DNA of 64,000 nt from Marsupella aquatica. Lineage: Eukaryota; Plantae; Marchantiophyta. The translations under genes were made by a program, and so were the position numbers. Every line of letters starts with the position of its first letter. Position 1 is the first letter of the stretch. Below are positions 26,782 to 38,935 of the stretch, one piece after another. The stretch is from positions 4,497,708-4,561,707 of the forward strand of contig OZ316891.1 of the NCBI GenBank assembly GCA_973895155.1, given 5' to 3'. The notes under the pieces are model-generated. The model did no database searches, was not told the origin of the DNA, and saw nothing but the letters and a program-made list of their open reading frames with translations.

Positions 26782-28634
26782 CTACTCCTCCTCTTCTTCA
26801 CTCTCGTTGCCCTGGCTTGTGCCCCGTGAGTGGGCCTCCTCTTCATCACTCACGGGAGTGAGTGCCACCTCACTTTTCTTCTTCTTTACCGTGGTACTCT
26901 TCGTGCTGCCGCTCCCTTGCTTCCTCAAAGTGGCCAAGGCCTGCCACGCCTTGATGTACCCCTCACCAATGGTGTCCTTCCATAGGGTAGCCTCTTCTCC
27001 GGACCGCAACTCCAATGGTAGAACTTGCCCTGTGGCCATGGGAGTCCCGGGGGTGACAGACCTGGGTGGCATCCCCGTACTGACCTGAGCCTCCCGTAAC
27101 GATTTCCGTACCTCCCGGAGCTTCTTCTCCAAGCCCTTGCTCTTCTCCTGACTCTTCTTGGCTCCATCCAACAAGGGCCCATACTTCCCACTAACCTCCT
27201 TCACCACCATCTCAATAGCCTGGGAGATCAAATCCGGGGAAAGTGTGGAGCTAGGTGTGCTGGGGCTCTTCCGTTTCCCCAGGCTCAAGGCCTCACTCCT
27301 CTTTGCTCGTGTCTCAAAGGCGGCCACCTGACTCCGTAGTGCTCCCACCTGGTTTCTCCACTCCACCACTTCTCCAGAATTCTGCTTCTCTTTGGCCAAT
27401 GCTTGTCTCAACGCTCCCACCTCTTCTGCTTCCTTGGCCTTGGTGGACAAGGCTCCCTTCAAGTTGGAGATCTCTACGTGAGCTGCTTGGAGAAGCTTAA
27501 CCTCTCATGAATGGTCCCCTCCTTGGCCTTGATCACCTCCTTCAGAGACAGGGTACTCTGCTCTAACGTCTCTACTCTGGCTGAGGCGTGCTTGAGAGAA
27601 TCTCTCAATGCGTGGATTAGCTTGAGTCCCTCATGGACTCCCTCTCTGAAATCCCGTAGCTCTGCCAGGTAAACATCCGGAATGTTGTAGACCAGGGGCT
27701 TTTTCGGATCTCCTACGAGTGATTCAAGCCACTCCAACGTGTAGTCCTCATCCTGGTTTTCTTCTCCTCTATCTTCATCCCCACCAGCCGACGATGATTC
27801 CTCCGTGAGCTTCCCTATAACGGTAGTGGCAATACTCCAGATCTCCGTGGTGAGAGATGATCCCGTGTCTTCCTATCCCGGGGAACCAATCAACCCTTCT
27901 GCCCTGGCCAATACAAATGACCCCATCAAATGTACAACCCCACCTGGTTTCACACTCCCGGGATCAGCGGCCAATAGCTTCTTCAACCCGTAGTACCACC
28001 ATCCGTACACATGGGCTGGGTGGTTCTTGATGTCCATAGCTACCACAAAATGCTCTTCACTCACCACCCCGGATTGCACATTGCCAAGGACCCGTTGATG
28101 AACCTTGGCCAGGAATCCCTTATACTCAACATCCTTGACAGCGGAAAGAGGGATGGCAGTGGTGGAGGTGGGATTAATCACCCAAGTGGCCACCATCTTC
28201 AACGTGAGTTCTCCCCTAATGTGCCGAGGTGTGAATGAGAATTTCTGATTCCCCAGAAACAGCAGCCTAGCCAACTCCACATGGGGCACTACACGTTTGA
28301 GACATTCAAAGTAGATTCCCTCCGTTCGTAACTCCATCCCGGCCTCAATGTCCCAGCTCTTCCCCGGAGGGATGGTAATCTCCACCTTCATGAATTCTGT
28401 AACCCCGGTGGCTTGGAAAATATTCCGACAATCCTCCATCACTTTGGCGGAGGTCTTGGGATAAATTCGACGAAAAATCCTCCTACCCACCGGTGTGGAA
28501 CCTGCTGCCAATCCCGTGCTCATCGTAGCTTCTCTCTCTTCTCTCTCCCTTGCAATCAAAGTCTCCACGTAGTCACGGTAAGTAGCCTTGTATCTCCGAA
28601 TGCGTGCCACGCTAAACTCCGGTTGATCTAGCAT
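26782..28634 (-). pseudogene. Accessory coiled-coil ORF inside the TG..CA element (stop plus frameshift)
   Basis: Collinear ORFs 27873-28634, 27474-27737 (same frame) and 26782-27462 total about 610 codons, with an acidic linker and coiled-coil C-half. No gag/pol motifs. Confidence 0.6.
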
Positions 28635-29029
28635 TCATGCATCCTGAAATCAAATTCTCAATCACCAAATCCCATCACCCGTAGCAATGTCAATTCCCTG
28701 GCCCGAAACAGCCCCCGTAGCCCGATTAATTTATTTCTCTCAATCCCCTCCGTCGTCACTTCATGTTGCTGTCGTTAATGCCCGGACAGCCCCCGCAATC
28801 CCCCATGAGTGAGCCTTGAGAAGAATTGGAGAGAGAGCTCAAATAATTGTTACATAAGGAGAAAGCTTTCGGCAATAAGGGAGAGAAACTCGAGTTTGCT
28901 TTCGGCAAGAGAAGGGTCGTGTGAAAAGGAGAAAAGAGGGGAGAGAAAAAAACCAACGAAAACCCCCCCGGGAGCAGCTTTTCACCTTGCGCCCCGGAGC
29001 CCTCCTTTGTCCCGACTCGCGGGAGTCCC

Positions 29030-29455
29030 CCTTCCTCGCAGCTCGCGCCTCGCAGCTCGCAGCTCGCGGCTCGCACCTCACAGCTTGCGACTCGCAGCCC
29101 GCAGCTCGCGGCTCACAGCTCGCGGCTCACGGCTCGCGGCTCACTCGTGGACGCTTCCCCTTCCTTGCACGGCAGCTCGCGGACTTCCTTAGGAGGGATT
29201 TATTTTAAAACCCCCCCATACTCCTCACTCGCGGCAGCTCGCAGCTCGCGGCTCACTCGCGGACGCTTCCCCTTCCTCGCACGGCAGCTCACGGACCTCC
29301 TTAGGAGGGATTTATTTTAAAACCCCCCCATACTCCTCACTCGCGGCAGCTCGCAGCAGCTCCCGCCCTCTGCAGGGCTCGCAACTCGTGGCCCGCAGCT
29401 CGCAACTCGCAGAAGGATTTAATGGGGGTTTAATTAAACCCCCCATACTCCTCCA
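29030..29455. repeat. GC-rich short repeats (cagctcgcggct) and an about 120-bp duplicated unit in the LTR U3-like end
   Basis: Many gcagctcgc(g/a)gct units; ccttaggagggatttattttaaaacccccccatactcctcactcgcggcagc occurs near 29187 and 29299. Confidence 0.85.
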
Positions 29456-31999
29456 GTCCTGCCTGAGTGTTGCTTTAGAAGGGGTGTTACCAAAAAATTA
29501 AAAATGCTTATTTCCCGGACTTCCTTACCTTCCCGGAAAGTCACAATTTTAAACCCCCCCAGGTTTTTGCCCCATAATTAACCCGGGTCTAGACAAAACT
29601 GTTGGGGTCTCCGACTATCCCGAGATGCTTTAAAAAAACTTTATAGATTTAAAGAACATTAAAAAAAAACTCGCGTCTATGGGCTTATTTATTTACAGGT
29701 GTCTTGCTGGTGACACTAATGGTGATTTACCGTGGCGGGACCCCGTCACACTCTCTACGGCATGATAGAAATCCATTCTCCATCTAGATTGATTTCAAGC
29801 GCCTTTTGGCTGTCACACAGGGAGACGATAGTGAACACACTGGAGTCTTTGCGCAGCTGCGGAATGATGAAAGTTCAAATATCAAGGAACTGTTGCATTT
29901 TTGTGGTGTTTCAACCGGATATGCAAGGCTGGAAGTCCAAGACAGTCTGAGAAGACATCAAGAAAATTGTAACCAAATTTCCGAGCTCTAACTAAAGACG
30001 TTCCATCCTTTCTTGGTAGCCTGACAGGATTGACTGGCCACCAGTTCTTTGCGGAATCAACTTGTCCTTTTGTAGCCATCACAGTAAGTATCTGTTGTGC
30101 AATCTTGGGGTTTGAAATGGTAGTCCGGCCCAAAACACGATCTCCTCCATTCGATTCTCTGTACTCCGAAGAACGGGAAAGTGCTTGTACCCGAGCTGGA
30201 AGGGGACGAGGAGCTTCTTGTTCTTGTTCTCGACCCTCAAACTCAATTTGTCCTCCATGGGGAGATCAAAGAACTCCCGGTTATCGGCAAATGCATTGTC
30301 CACTACTTCCGTAGGTACCCTGCAATTTATGACCTCAAAGAAGCGGAGTGTCTCACTGAACCCGAGTGTCTCACTTGCTTGTGCTACTTGTGCACAAATG
30401 AAGGAGCGTTTGATAGGATCCAAAGCATGACATACATTTCACATCAAAATCTTCTCCCCTTGCCATGTGGAGTATATATTACCCGGAGAGAAAATACGTG
30501 CAAAATCAAAGTGGATGGCAGCAGCTGTCTAGAGAAAAGACAAGGGAAGCTCAATGCAATTGCAAACTAGGGAGATCGGGGCTCAGTATAGACAGACACG
30601 GGCAGTTGTAGCTGCAGCCAGTTGATTGGAATCGAAGCCCCCTGAAATTTGTCAAACCATTCGAATCAAGAAGCCGGGAATTACAACAGGATGCAGTCGG
30701 GTATGCAGTTGCGTGAAGCTCCATAGCGACAGAGCTGAAAGGTCTGGAAGCACCAAAGCCTTGAGCGCGGCATTTTTTGCAAAATGGAGATTTTGAAAAT
30801 AAGAAGGGAAGTAATAGTCTCCATTTTACACTGTATGACTCTCCTTATGGACCTGTAAAGAGACACTAAACCAGTGTCAAGCTTGGTTTTAGAACCCAGC
30901 TTGACACCCGAGTCAACTTGGATGACATTTGAAGTGACTATAAGGGTTGATTCCAAAGCTGAGATATACTTAGGGTGTAGGTCTTGACTGACAGGACCTA
31001 TACATAAAGGTGTAAACAAGGTGTAAAGGGGTGTAAATCAACAGTTTTACCCCTGGCCATTCTGAGAACTATAAGCCATGTTCTTGACAGCTGTAGATGT
31101 ACCTGCTGGAGGGGCTCCAACATGTCCTGGCTGGCTTTGTCCCTAAGTAAACCCTAAATCTCCTAAGCCAAGTAATAACCTGGTCGGTGGGTGGGGGCAT
31201 GAGCTAGTTTATGGTGAAATTTTTGAATTAGTAGTTTTAATCATGGCTTTCATGGCCATGGAAAATTATTTTGCGAGACTGGATTTTTTTTTGGGTGCAA
31301 AGTGGATTTTGGATTTGGGGTACTTGGATAAAGGGGGGGTGCGGGCTACCAAAGCATAGGCAAAGTAACCTAAAAAATGCTATGAAAATATTTTTAATCA
31401 AATGTACAAAAACTTGTGAGGCTGTTCACTGAACGCCAAATTCTAAACCCCTTCCCACATCCTAATTAAGTCCACCCTGACTACTTCAACTTAAACCCTT
31501 GAAGAGTTACTTTCAGTTCAGACAATGAGTTTCCTACAAACTAAGTCAAATATGTTGAAATTTAAAAACTCTTGTTTTTACTATTTATTAATTTTGGGGA
31601 AGAGGACAGCAGGTAAATGCTATAACCTCCCTTTTAAGTATGCATGTGAATATTCAGTTGGGAAATGTTAATTGTTGGGGTATAATGTACCGTTGGATGG
31701 GCTAAAATGACCCAATACGCCGTTGGATGTGGGATGGTAGTGTTTAAATGACCTACACCCCATCTTAACTTTAACTTTGACATAGAGCCCCATGACACTC
31801 TAGGGCCCCCTTTTAATTATCCCTATCCCCAATTCGGTCATTTTCACCCCTTTCAACAATGACAGCATGATCAAGCTAGGGACACCTCTAATGACCTCAT
31901 TATTGGTCATTTGATACATCTGACCTCCCACATCATAGCCACAATGACATTATATAAGGTCATTGGGACAACCTGCACTAAACTCCATGGCAGCCCTTT

Positions 32000-34900
32000 T
32001 GGTGAACCATTCCAAACTCGTTTGACTTTGAAGTGATTTGCCCAAAGTTGTATCATGGTTAGAAAAGCTTTTTATCCAAACTAGTGCTTGGACATGGGCA
32101 AGTGCAGTGTCCCGCACCCCTTGAAGGTTTTCTTGATGCATAGAAGGTCAATTGTGCTCGTTCATAATGACAACATGCTGGACCTCTCTAGTGACCATAT
32201 ATGTAGTCATTTGGTCCAACTGACCTCCAATATTATGGCCAAAATGACCCTTATTGCAGTCATTGGCATGAATGACTCACCGGTTTTCCAAAATGATCCC
32301 ATAAATATTACACAACCTGGACTGCTTAACCTTAGGTAAGTGCAAAAACATGACTCAACATTAATTATGGTGCAAGTAATGGTTGGAGAATAGTAAATTA
32401 TAGAGTATCCCACACCTAGTGGAGGGGTTGCCCTCGAGGGGTTGCCAGCCCCATGTGGGGCCACATGGCACTCCAGGGCTCTAGCTCCTAGCCCCAAACT
32501 ACCTCTAGCTCCTAGCCCCAAACTGGTCATTTAATTATGCTTGTCTTCAATGGCTGCACAAGGGACCCCCTCAAATGACAACAAGTCCAGTCATTTGACC
32601 TATATGACTTCCCATATGACCATTTTAAAGACCCATATGATCGCATGAATGACCCTAAACTTTTAGTCATTGAGATTGATGCACCATTTAACTCACAAAT
32701 GACTCAATGAGCTCCCTTGTAACTCCAAAGAGAACCCCCCCAATATGCTTTGAAATGACCACATTCCTGTCATTTGGTACTTTTGACCTCTAGTATATAT
32801 GACAGCCAAGATGACCCTAATTTGAGGTGTTTTCATTAATGACACACCATTGTTCCAAAATGACCCAATGAAGATTACACTACCTCTAGGAGTGCCCCTT
32901 TACAATTCCTTTGCAATTTAATAGAAAATACCCTAAATCCAAATATCGGCAAAAACATGACATACATATATAGAAGGACGATAGCCTTCCACTAGTATTG
33001 CACTATATACCTCTTGGAGAGACAAAAACAATATTTCTTTGCCTTTGGATAGGATGGTATGCGTGATGGTGACACTTTTGGCAAATCATTCCAAAGTTGT
33101 ATGACTTGGGAGTGATTTCCCCAAAGTTCCATCATGCCTTAACAATACGCAAAAACACGACATCAAAGTGCTAATGGTGCAACTAGTGGTTGGAGAATAG
33201 TAAATATAGTATTTGGCACCTAGTGGAGGGGTTGCGAGCTCTATGTGGGGCCACATGGCACTCTAGGGCCCACCTCCAGCCCTTAGCCCCAAATTGGTCA
33301 TTTATGCTTGTCTTCAATGACTGCACTAGGGACCCCTCAAATGACCACAAATCCAGTCATTTGACTTATGTGACAGTCCATATGACATATGTAATGACCC
33401 TATTTGTGGTCATTGGCACTTATGACACAACTTTGTGCAAAAATGACCCAATGAAGGTCCTAGTACCTCCCGAGAGAGCCCACTCTAGGTTCATTTCAAA
33501 AATAGAATATTCCTATACCTTTAACCAGCACACACACCGTAGAGGGAAGCACCACTACCATGCCCATTCCATTGGTGTTGCACTACCTCTTGGAGGAACA
33601 AACAAATGGCTCCATGTGCCTTTGGAACATAACATATCATCCATGATGGTGCTTTTGGAAAATCACTCCAATGTTGTATGACTTGGGAGTGATTTCCCCA
33701 AGGTTGCATCATCCCTTAAATAATTGCAAAAACATGGCTCCAAAGTGCTCATGGTGCAACTAGTGGTTGGAGAATAGTAAGTATAGTGTCCCGCACCTAA
33801 TGGAAAGGTTGCCAGCTCCATGTAGGGCCCCATGGCAGTCTAGGGCCCACTTCCAGCCCTTATCCCCAAACTGGTCATTTAGGTTGGTCCATAATGACAC
33901 CATGAGGGACCTCTGTAATGACCAGGTATGCAGTCATTTGGTCCAAATGACCGGCAATATGACTGCCAAAATGACCCATACGGTAGTCATTGGCTTTAAT
34001 GACACACCATTACTCCAAATTAATGACGCAGTGAAGATTACACTACCTATCGGAATGGCCCTTGGCAAATCCTTATCAATTTAATAGAATATTCCTCACC
34101 CAAACGCCAGCACAAACATGACATAGTTAAATCGAAGGACAACAACCTTCCACTGGTTTTGCGCTTACTCTTAGAGAACAATAAAACAACTATTATTTAA
34201 CTTTGAATGTGGTGGTATACATCCATGGTGACACTTTTGGCAAATCACTCCAAAGCCGTATGCCTTGGGAGTGATTTCCCCAAGGTTCCATCATGCCTTA
34301 ACAAAATGCAAAAACATGGCTCCAAAGTGTTCATGTTGCAACTAGTGGCTGGAGAATAGTGGGTATAGTACCCCGCACCTAGTGGAGAGGTTGCCACCTT
34401 CATGTAGGGCCCCATGGCACACTAGGGCCACCTTAAGCTCCTAGACTCAAAAGGGTCATTTCTGATGGTCCATAATGACACCATGAGGGACCTCTTTTAA
34501 TGACCCCATATGCAGTCATTGTGCACAAATGACTTCCAAAATGACTGCCAAAATGACCCTTATTGCAGTCTTTGGCATTAATGACACACTATTCCTCCAA
34601 AATGACCCAATGAAGATTACAACACGTACTCACAATGCCCCAACACTATTCATATGCAAAATGGAGTATTCCCCATCCAAACACCGGCACCAACATGACA
34701 CAATTATATCACAGGATGACAACCTTCCATAATTGGTGATGCACTACTTCTTGGAGAGACAAAAAAGGGCTTCATTTGCCTTCGGCACCGATGGTATGCA
34801 TCCATGGAGACACTTTTAGCAAATCACTCCAAAGTCGTATGACTTGGGAGTGATTTCCCCAAAGGTGCATCATGTCTTAAGCAAACGCAAAAATGTGTGT

Positions 34901-36900
34901 CCAAAGTGTTCATGGCACAACTAGTGGTTGGACAATGACGAGTATAGTGTCCCGCACCTAGTGGAGGGGTTTTTAGCTCTATGTGGGGCCCCATGGCACT
35001 CTAGGGCCCACCTCCAGCCCCTAGCCCCAAACTGGTCATTTGTGCTTCTGCTTAATGACTGCACAAGGGACCCCTCAAATGACCACAAATCTAGTCATTT
35101 GACTTATGTGACAGCCCATATGACAGATTTAATAACCCTACTTGTAGTCATTGGTATTTATGACACCAATTTTTTCAGAAATGACTCAATGAAGATTACA
35201 CTACCTCCTTGAGTGCCCCATCACTATTCATTTGCAAAATAGAATATTTCCCATCCAAACACCAGCACAAACATGACACAAAATTTACATGGAAGGACGA
35301 CAGCCTTGCACTACTTCTTGCAGAGACAAAAAAAATGGTTTCATTTCCTTTTAGATAGGATGGTATGCATCAATGGTGACACTTTTGGCAAATCACTCCA
35401 AAGTCGTATGACTTGGGAGTGATTTCCCCAAAGGTGCATCGTGCCTTAAGTAAACGCAAAAACATGTGTCCAAAGTGTTTATGTCGCAACTAGTGGTTGG
35501 ACAATGATGAGTATAGTGTCCCGCACCTAGTGGAGGGGTTTTTAGCTCTATGTGGGGCCCCATGGCACTCTAGGGCCCACCTCCAGCCCCTAGCCCCAAA
35601 TTGGTCATTTGTGCTTCTGCTTACTGACTGCACAAGGGACCCCTCAAATGACCACAAATCTAGTCAGTTGACTTATGTGATAGCCCATATGACAGATTTA
35701 ATGACCCTACTTGTAGTCATTGGTATTTATGACACCAATTTTTTCAGAAATGACCCAATGAAGATTACACTACCTCCTTGAGTGCCCCATCACTATTCAT
35801 TTGCAAAATAGAATATTCCCCATCCAAACACCGACACAAACGTGACACAATTACATGGAAGGATGACAACCTTGCACTACTTCTTGCAGAGACAAAAAAA
35901 TGGCTTCATTTCCTTTTAGATAGGATGGTATGCATGCATCAATGGTGACACTTTTGGCAAATCACTCCAAAGTCGTATGACTTGGGAGTGATTTCCCCAA
36001 AGGTGCATCGTACCTTAAGTAAACGCAAAAACATGTGTCCAAAGTGTTCATGTCGCAACTAGTGGTTGGACAATGATGAGTATAGTGTCTCGCATGCAAT
36101 GGAGGGGTTCTCACCTCTATGTGGGGCCACATGGCACTCTAGGGCCCACCTCTAGCCCCTAGCCCCAAACTGGTCATTTGTGCTTTTGCTTAATGACTAC
36201 ACAAGGGACCCCTCAAATGACCACAACTATAGTCATTAGACTTATATGACTTCCCACATGACAGTTTTAATGACCTTACTTGTAGTCATTGGCATATATA
36301 ATGGTCCATTGCTCACATATGACCCAATAAAGGCCCTAATACCTCCAAAGAGAGCCTGCTTTAGATTCTTTGCAAGGTTGGAATATTCCTCTTCCCTAAA
36401 CCGGCACCCACACATACAGAGAAGCACAATTCCTCTGCCCATTCCATTGGTGCAACACTACCTCTTGGAGAACCCAAAAACAATTTTTATTTGCCTTTGG
36501 ATGTGATGGTATGCATCCATGGTGACACTTTTGGCAAATCACTCCAAAGTCATACGACTTGGGAGTGATTTCCCCAAAGGTGCATCATGCCTTAAGTAAA
36601 TGCAAAGACATGTGTTCAAATTGCTAATGCCACAACTAGTGGTTGGACAATGATGAGTATAGTGTCCCGCACCAAGTGGAGGGGTTCTCACCTCTATGTA
36701 GGGCCCATGACACACTCGGGCCCACCTTAAGCTTGTAGACCAAAATGGTCATTTATGCTGGTCCATAATGACACCATGAGGGATGTCTTGAATGACAACT
36801 TATATAGTCATTTGGTCAAAATGACCTCTAATATGACCACTGACATTACCCTTATTGTAGTCATTGGCATTCTTCAATGACTCTACAATTATGACCGGTG
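32000..36900. repeat. About 575-bp tandem satellite-like array (about 8 units) inside the Pack-CACTA
   Basis: The anchor caactagtggttgga recurs near 33180, 33757, 34339, 34918, 35487, 36056 and 36633 (period 569-582), with degenerate units at 32.0-33.1 kb. Confidence 0.93.
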
Positions 36901-37610
36901 TCTGGAATGACTATTGAGTTTTTTAATCTTGATATCTCTTGGGTTCTTTAATGACTCTATAAATAATCATTTATGCAATAAGTCCATAATGACTGTATGT
37001 TATTGTAACCATTAATATATCATGATTTTTAGATTGACCCTATATTTAGTCATTTATGCGACAAGTCCATAATGACAGTATGTTGTTGTAAACACTGATA
37101 TATTCTAATTTCAAGATTCACCCTAGAGTTAGTCATTTATGAGAGAAGTCCATAATGACGGTATTTTGTTGTAAACACTGATATATTCTTATTTTGAGAT
37201 TGACCCTAGATTTTGTCATTTAACACCGTTGGTTAAAATGACGGAAATATATTTTTGTCATTTATCACCGTTGTCCAAAATGACCCAAATAGATTTTTGG
37301 TCATTTCAATCATTGTCCAAAGTGACTATAATGGTGCTAAACACTGATTTATCATTGTTGTTATTTATTGTGTCATTTAGGACATGTGTCTAAATTGACC
37401 ATTTTAGGAAAATTGTGTCATTTTGATCGCATCAGTCATTATAGACATTATACAAAATGACGCAAAAGTTATCATTTTATCATTTCAGTCTATTGGTCAT
37501 TGTGGACAGTCATTCTCCCGTCATTCTTTTTGTGTCATTAGAAATTTTGGTCATTGATTCATTTCCGTCATTGGGTGATTGGTCATAAAGGGCCCTGTTT
37601 TCTTCTAGTA

Positions 37611-38935
37611 GAATACCATAGACAGTCTTCTTTATGTTGATCTTTAAGGATATTCTTGATAGGCCTGGACTGGTTGCCATATACCCACTCACTTTGCCAT
37701 AGTCCCCAACACAACAAGGAGAGGTCATCATTATTACCTTTGCCTTTATCGGACGATGATAGGCCAGAGGCACTGCTAGAGCCCCGTTGACTCTCCTTGA
37801 CAGTTAGAAACCCCTGAATGGTTTTTTGCCATTTATCCCTCTTATCAGCCTGACGTGGTCGTCCTGCACAGCCTGAGAGAATAGGAATATTGCTACTCAC
37901 TCTTTGGATTTTAGAAACTGCATTTAAATGATTGAATCCCACACAGTGAGCCTGGAGATTGGCCTCCAGATTCCGTTGTTTGGGTATCATCACCATATAT
38001 TCACAGCAGAAAATGCAGAACAGTTTGAACTTGTGCAACTCCACTCGCTCTCTATTGATATCACCAACAATTTTGAAAGTTTTCTGTCCAACAGACTGTG
38101 AATCATTCACAGATTCCACTATTTGAACATGTTGTTCAAGAGTGGCTTTATCACTCAAGACAGATGCTGCAGCTCGACGACTTATCTCTACATAGTCCAA
38201 TCTTTGACCTCTGTTTTTGGCAACATTCCTGGTATGCTTGGGTGTGATCAAATGCTTGTTCTTGAAGTTGGTGAAAGCATTAGTAATGCTGGCTTTGTCC
38301 ATGCTACCTGACTTTGAGGCACCTTCCACACGAACATCACATTCACAACATTCTTTCTTCCCACATGCCACATTCTCAATGTCCCATGTGTTCACCTTCC
38401 ATTGATGATCCTCACATTGAATAAGTTTCATGTGATCCCTCAATTTCTCCACTTGTGTTTGCCAGACCTTGGCAAGATCTTTTGTTATACATAAAGACTT
38501 GAAACTTGCTTGAGGATCAGTCTCTACCTCTAGGGTTTCAATGTCCACAATAGGTGGACTTTCTATAATTGGCTGGTCTAGTGGTGGACCTGTCATGACA
38601 AGGTCATCCACCGACATGCTGAAAGTGGGTGAGAGACCATTGGAAGCTTTGCTGTCTAAGAGAGGTTGATCTTCACCTCCATTCTCAAATTCATATTTGG
38701 GAATAACAATGATTTTCTTCCCACATTCATCTATGATATGGGCTTTTTCCCATTCCACCTCCATTTGACTATTGAGATTCATATCGTAAAATTGAAACTC
38801 AAATTTAAAGAGACACAGAGTCTCTAGCTTCAATCTGGCATCGGCAAATGTGTCATCAATCTTGTAACTAATGGATCCTACAGGTTTAGGATCCACAGAC
38901 ACATTGTCCAATCAAAAAACAGTTGCTGAGGGCAT
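37611..38935 (-). pseudogene. P-like transposase, N-terminal part with two C2H2-like zinc fingers
   Basis: ORF 37583-38911 contains CCEC...KHLITPKH and FCIFC...AHCVGFNH. It joins ORF 20104-20607 in frame once the CACTA and one TSD are removed. Upstream in-frame ATG at 38935 is followed by a TGA. Confidence 0.82.

Larger units (their letters stand above)
25624..29750 (-). mobile_element. 4.1-kb TG..CA element (large solo LTR or deleted LTR retroelement)
   Basis: Starts TGTCAC and ends CGTCACA, with a 5-bp TSD CTCTC on both sides; removal restores the dioxygenase exon. On the minus strand the ends (TGTGACG...GTGACA) match the style of 53584-55940. Confidence 0.88.
25584..30470 (-). pseudogene. 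2-oxoglutarate/Fe(II)-dependent dioxygenase pseudogene split by an insertion
   Basis: DIOX_N-like QVAQASETLGF...FFEVINCRVP..VVDNAF...EFFDLPMEDK (30079-30423). Removing 25624-29750 joins RKDSSVFTIVSL...ALEINLDGEWISIMP*RGGLIVNIGDILQ followed by GT. The HxD motif reads RKD and there is an in-frame stop. Confidence 0.88.
20621..37610. mobile_element. 17-kb non-autonomous Pack-CACTA carrying host gene fragments
   Basis: Left TIR CACTAGTAGAAA (20621); right TIR TTTCTTCTAGTA (ending 37610, terminal G>A); 3-bp TSD GAA on both sides; AATGAC/GTCATT subterminal repeats at both ends. Removing it restores the frame DCLWYS-EPLVKAKVWC. Confidence 0.93.
16600..38935 (-). mobile_element. P-element-like DDE TIR transposon (autonomous type, decayed); other end not found in window
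   Basis: TIR CCCTGGGCCCTCA at 16600 with a subterminal region similar to 10776. The end coordinate given is the transposase start. No TGAGGGCCCAGGG was found downstream, so the element probably extends beyond 64000 or lost that end. Confidence 0.75.

Noticed and set aside
28756-29208. Overlapping Arg/Ala/Ser-rich ORFs
   Set aside because: They derive from GC-rich cagctcgcgg repeats that are open in several frames.
33190-36506. Repeated ORFs (MENSKYS.../MDNDEYS...) as a gene family
   Set aside because: They are translations of the ~575-bp satellite unit with non-ATG starts and variable stops.
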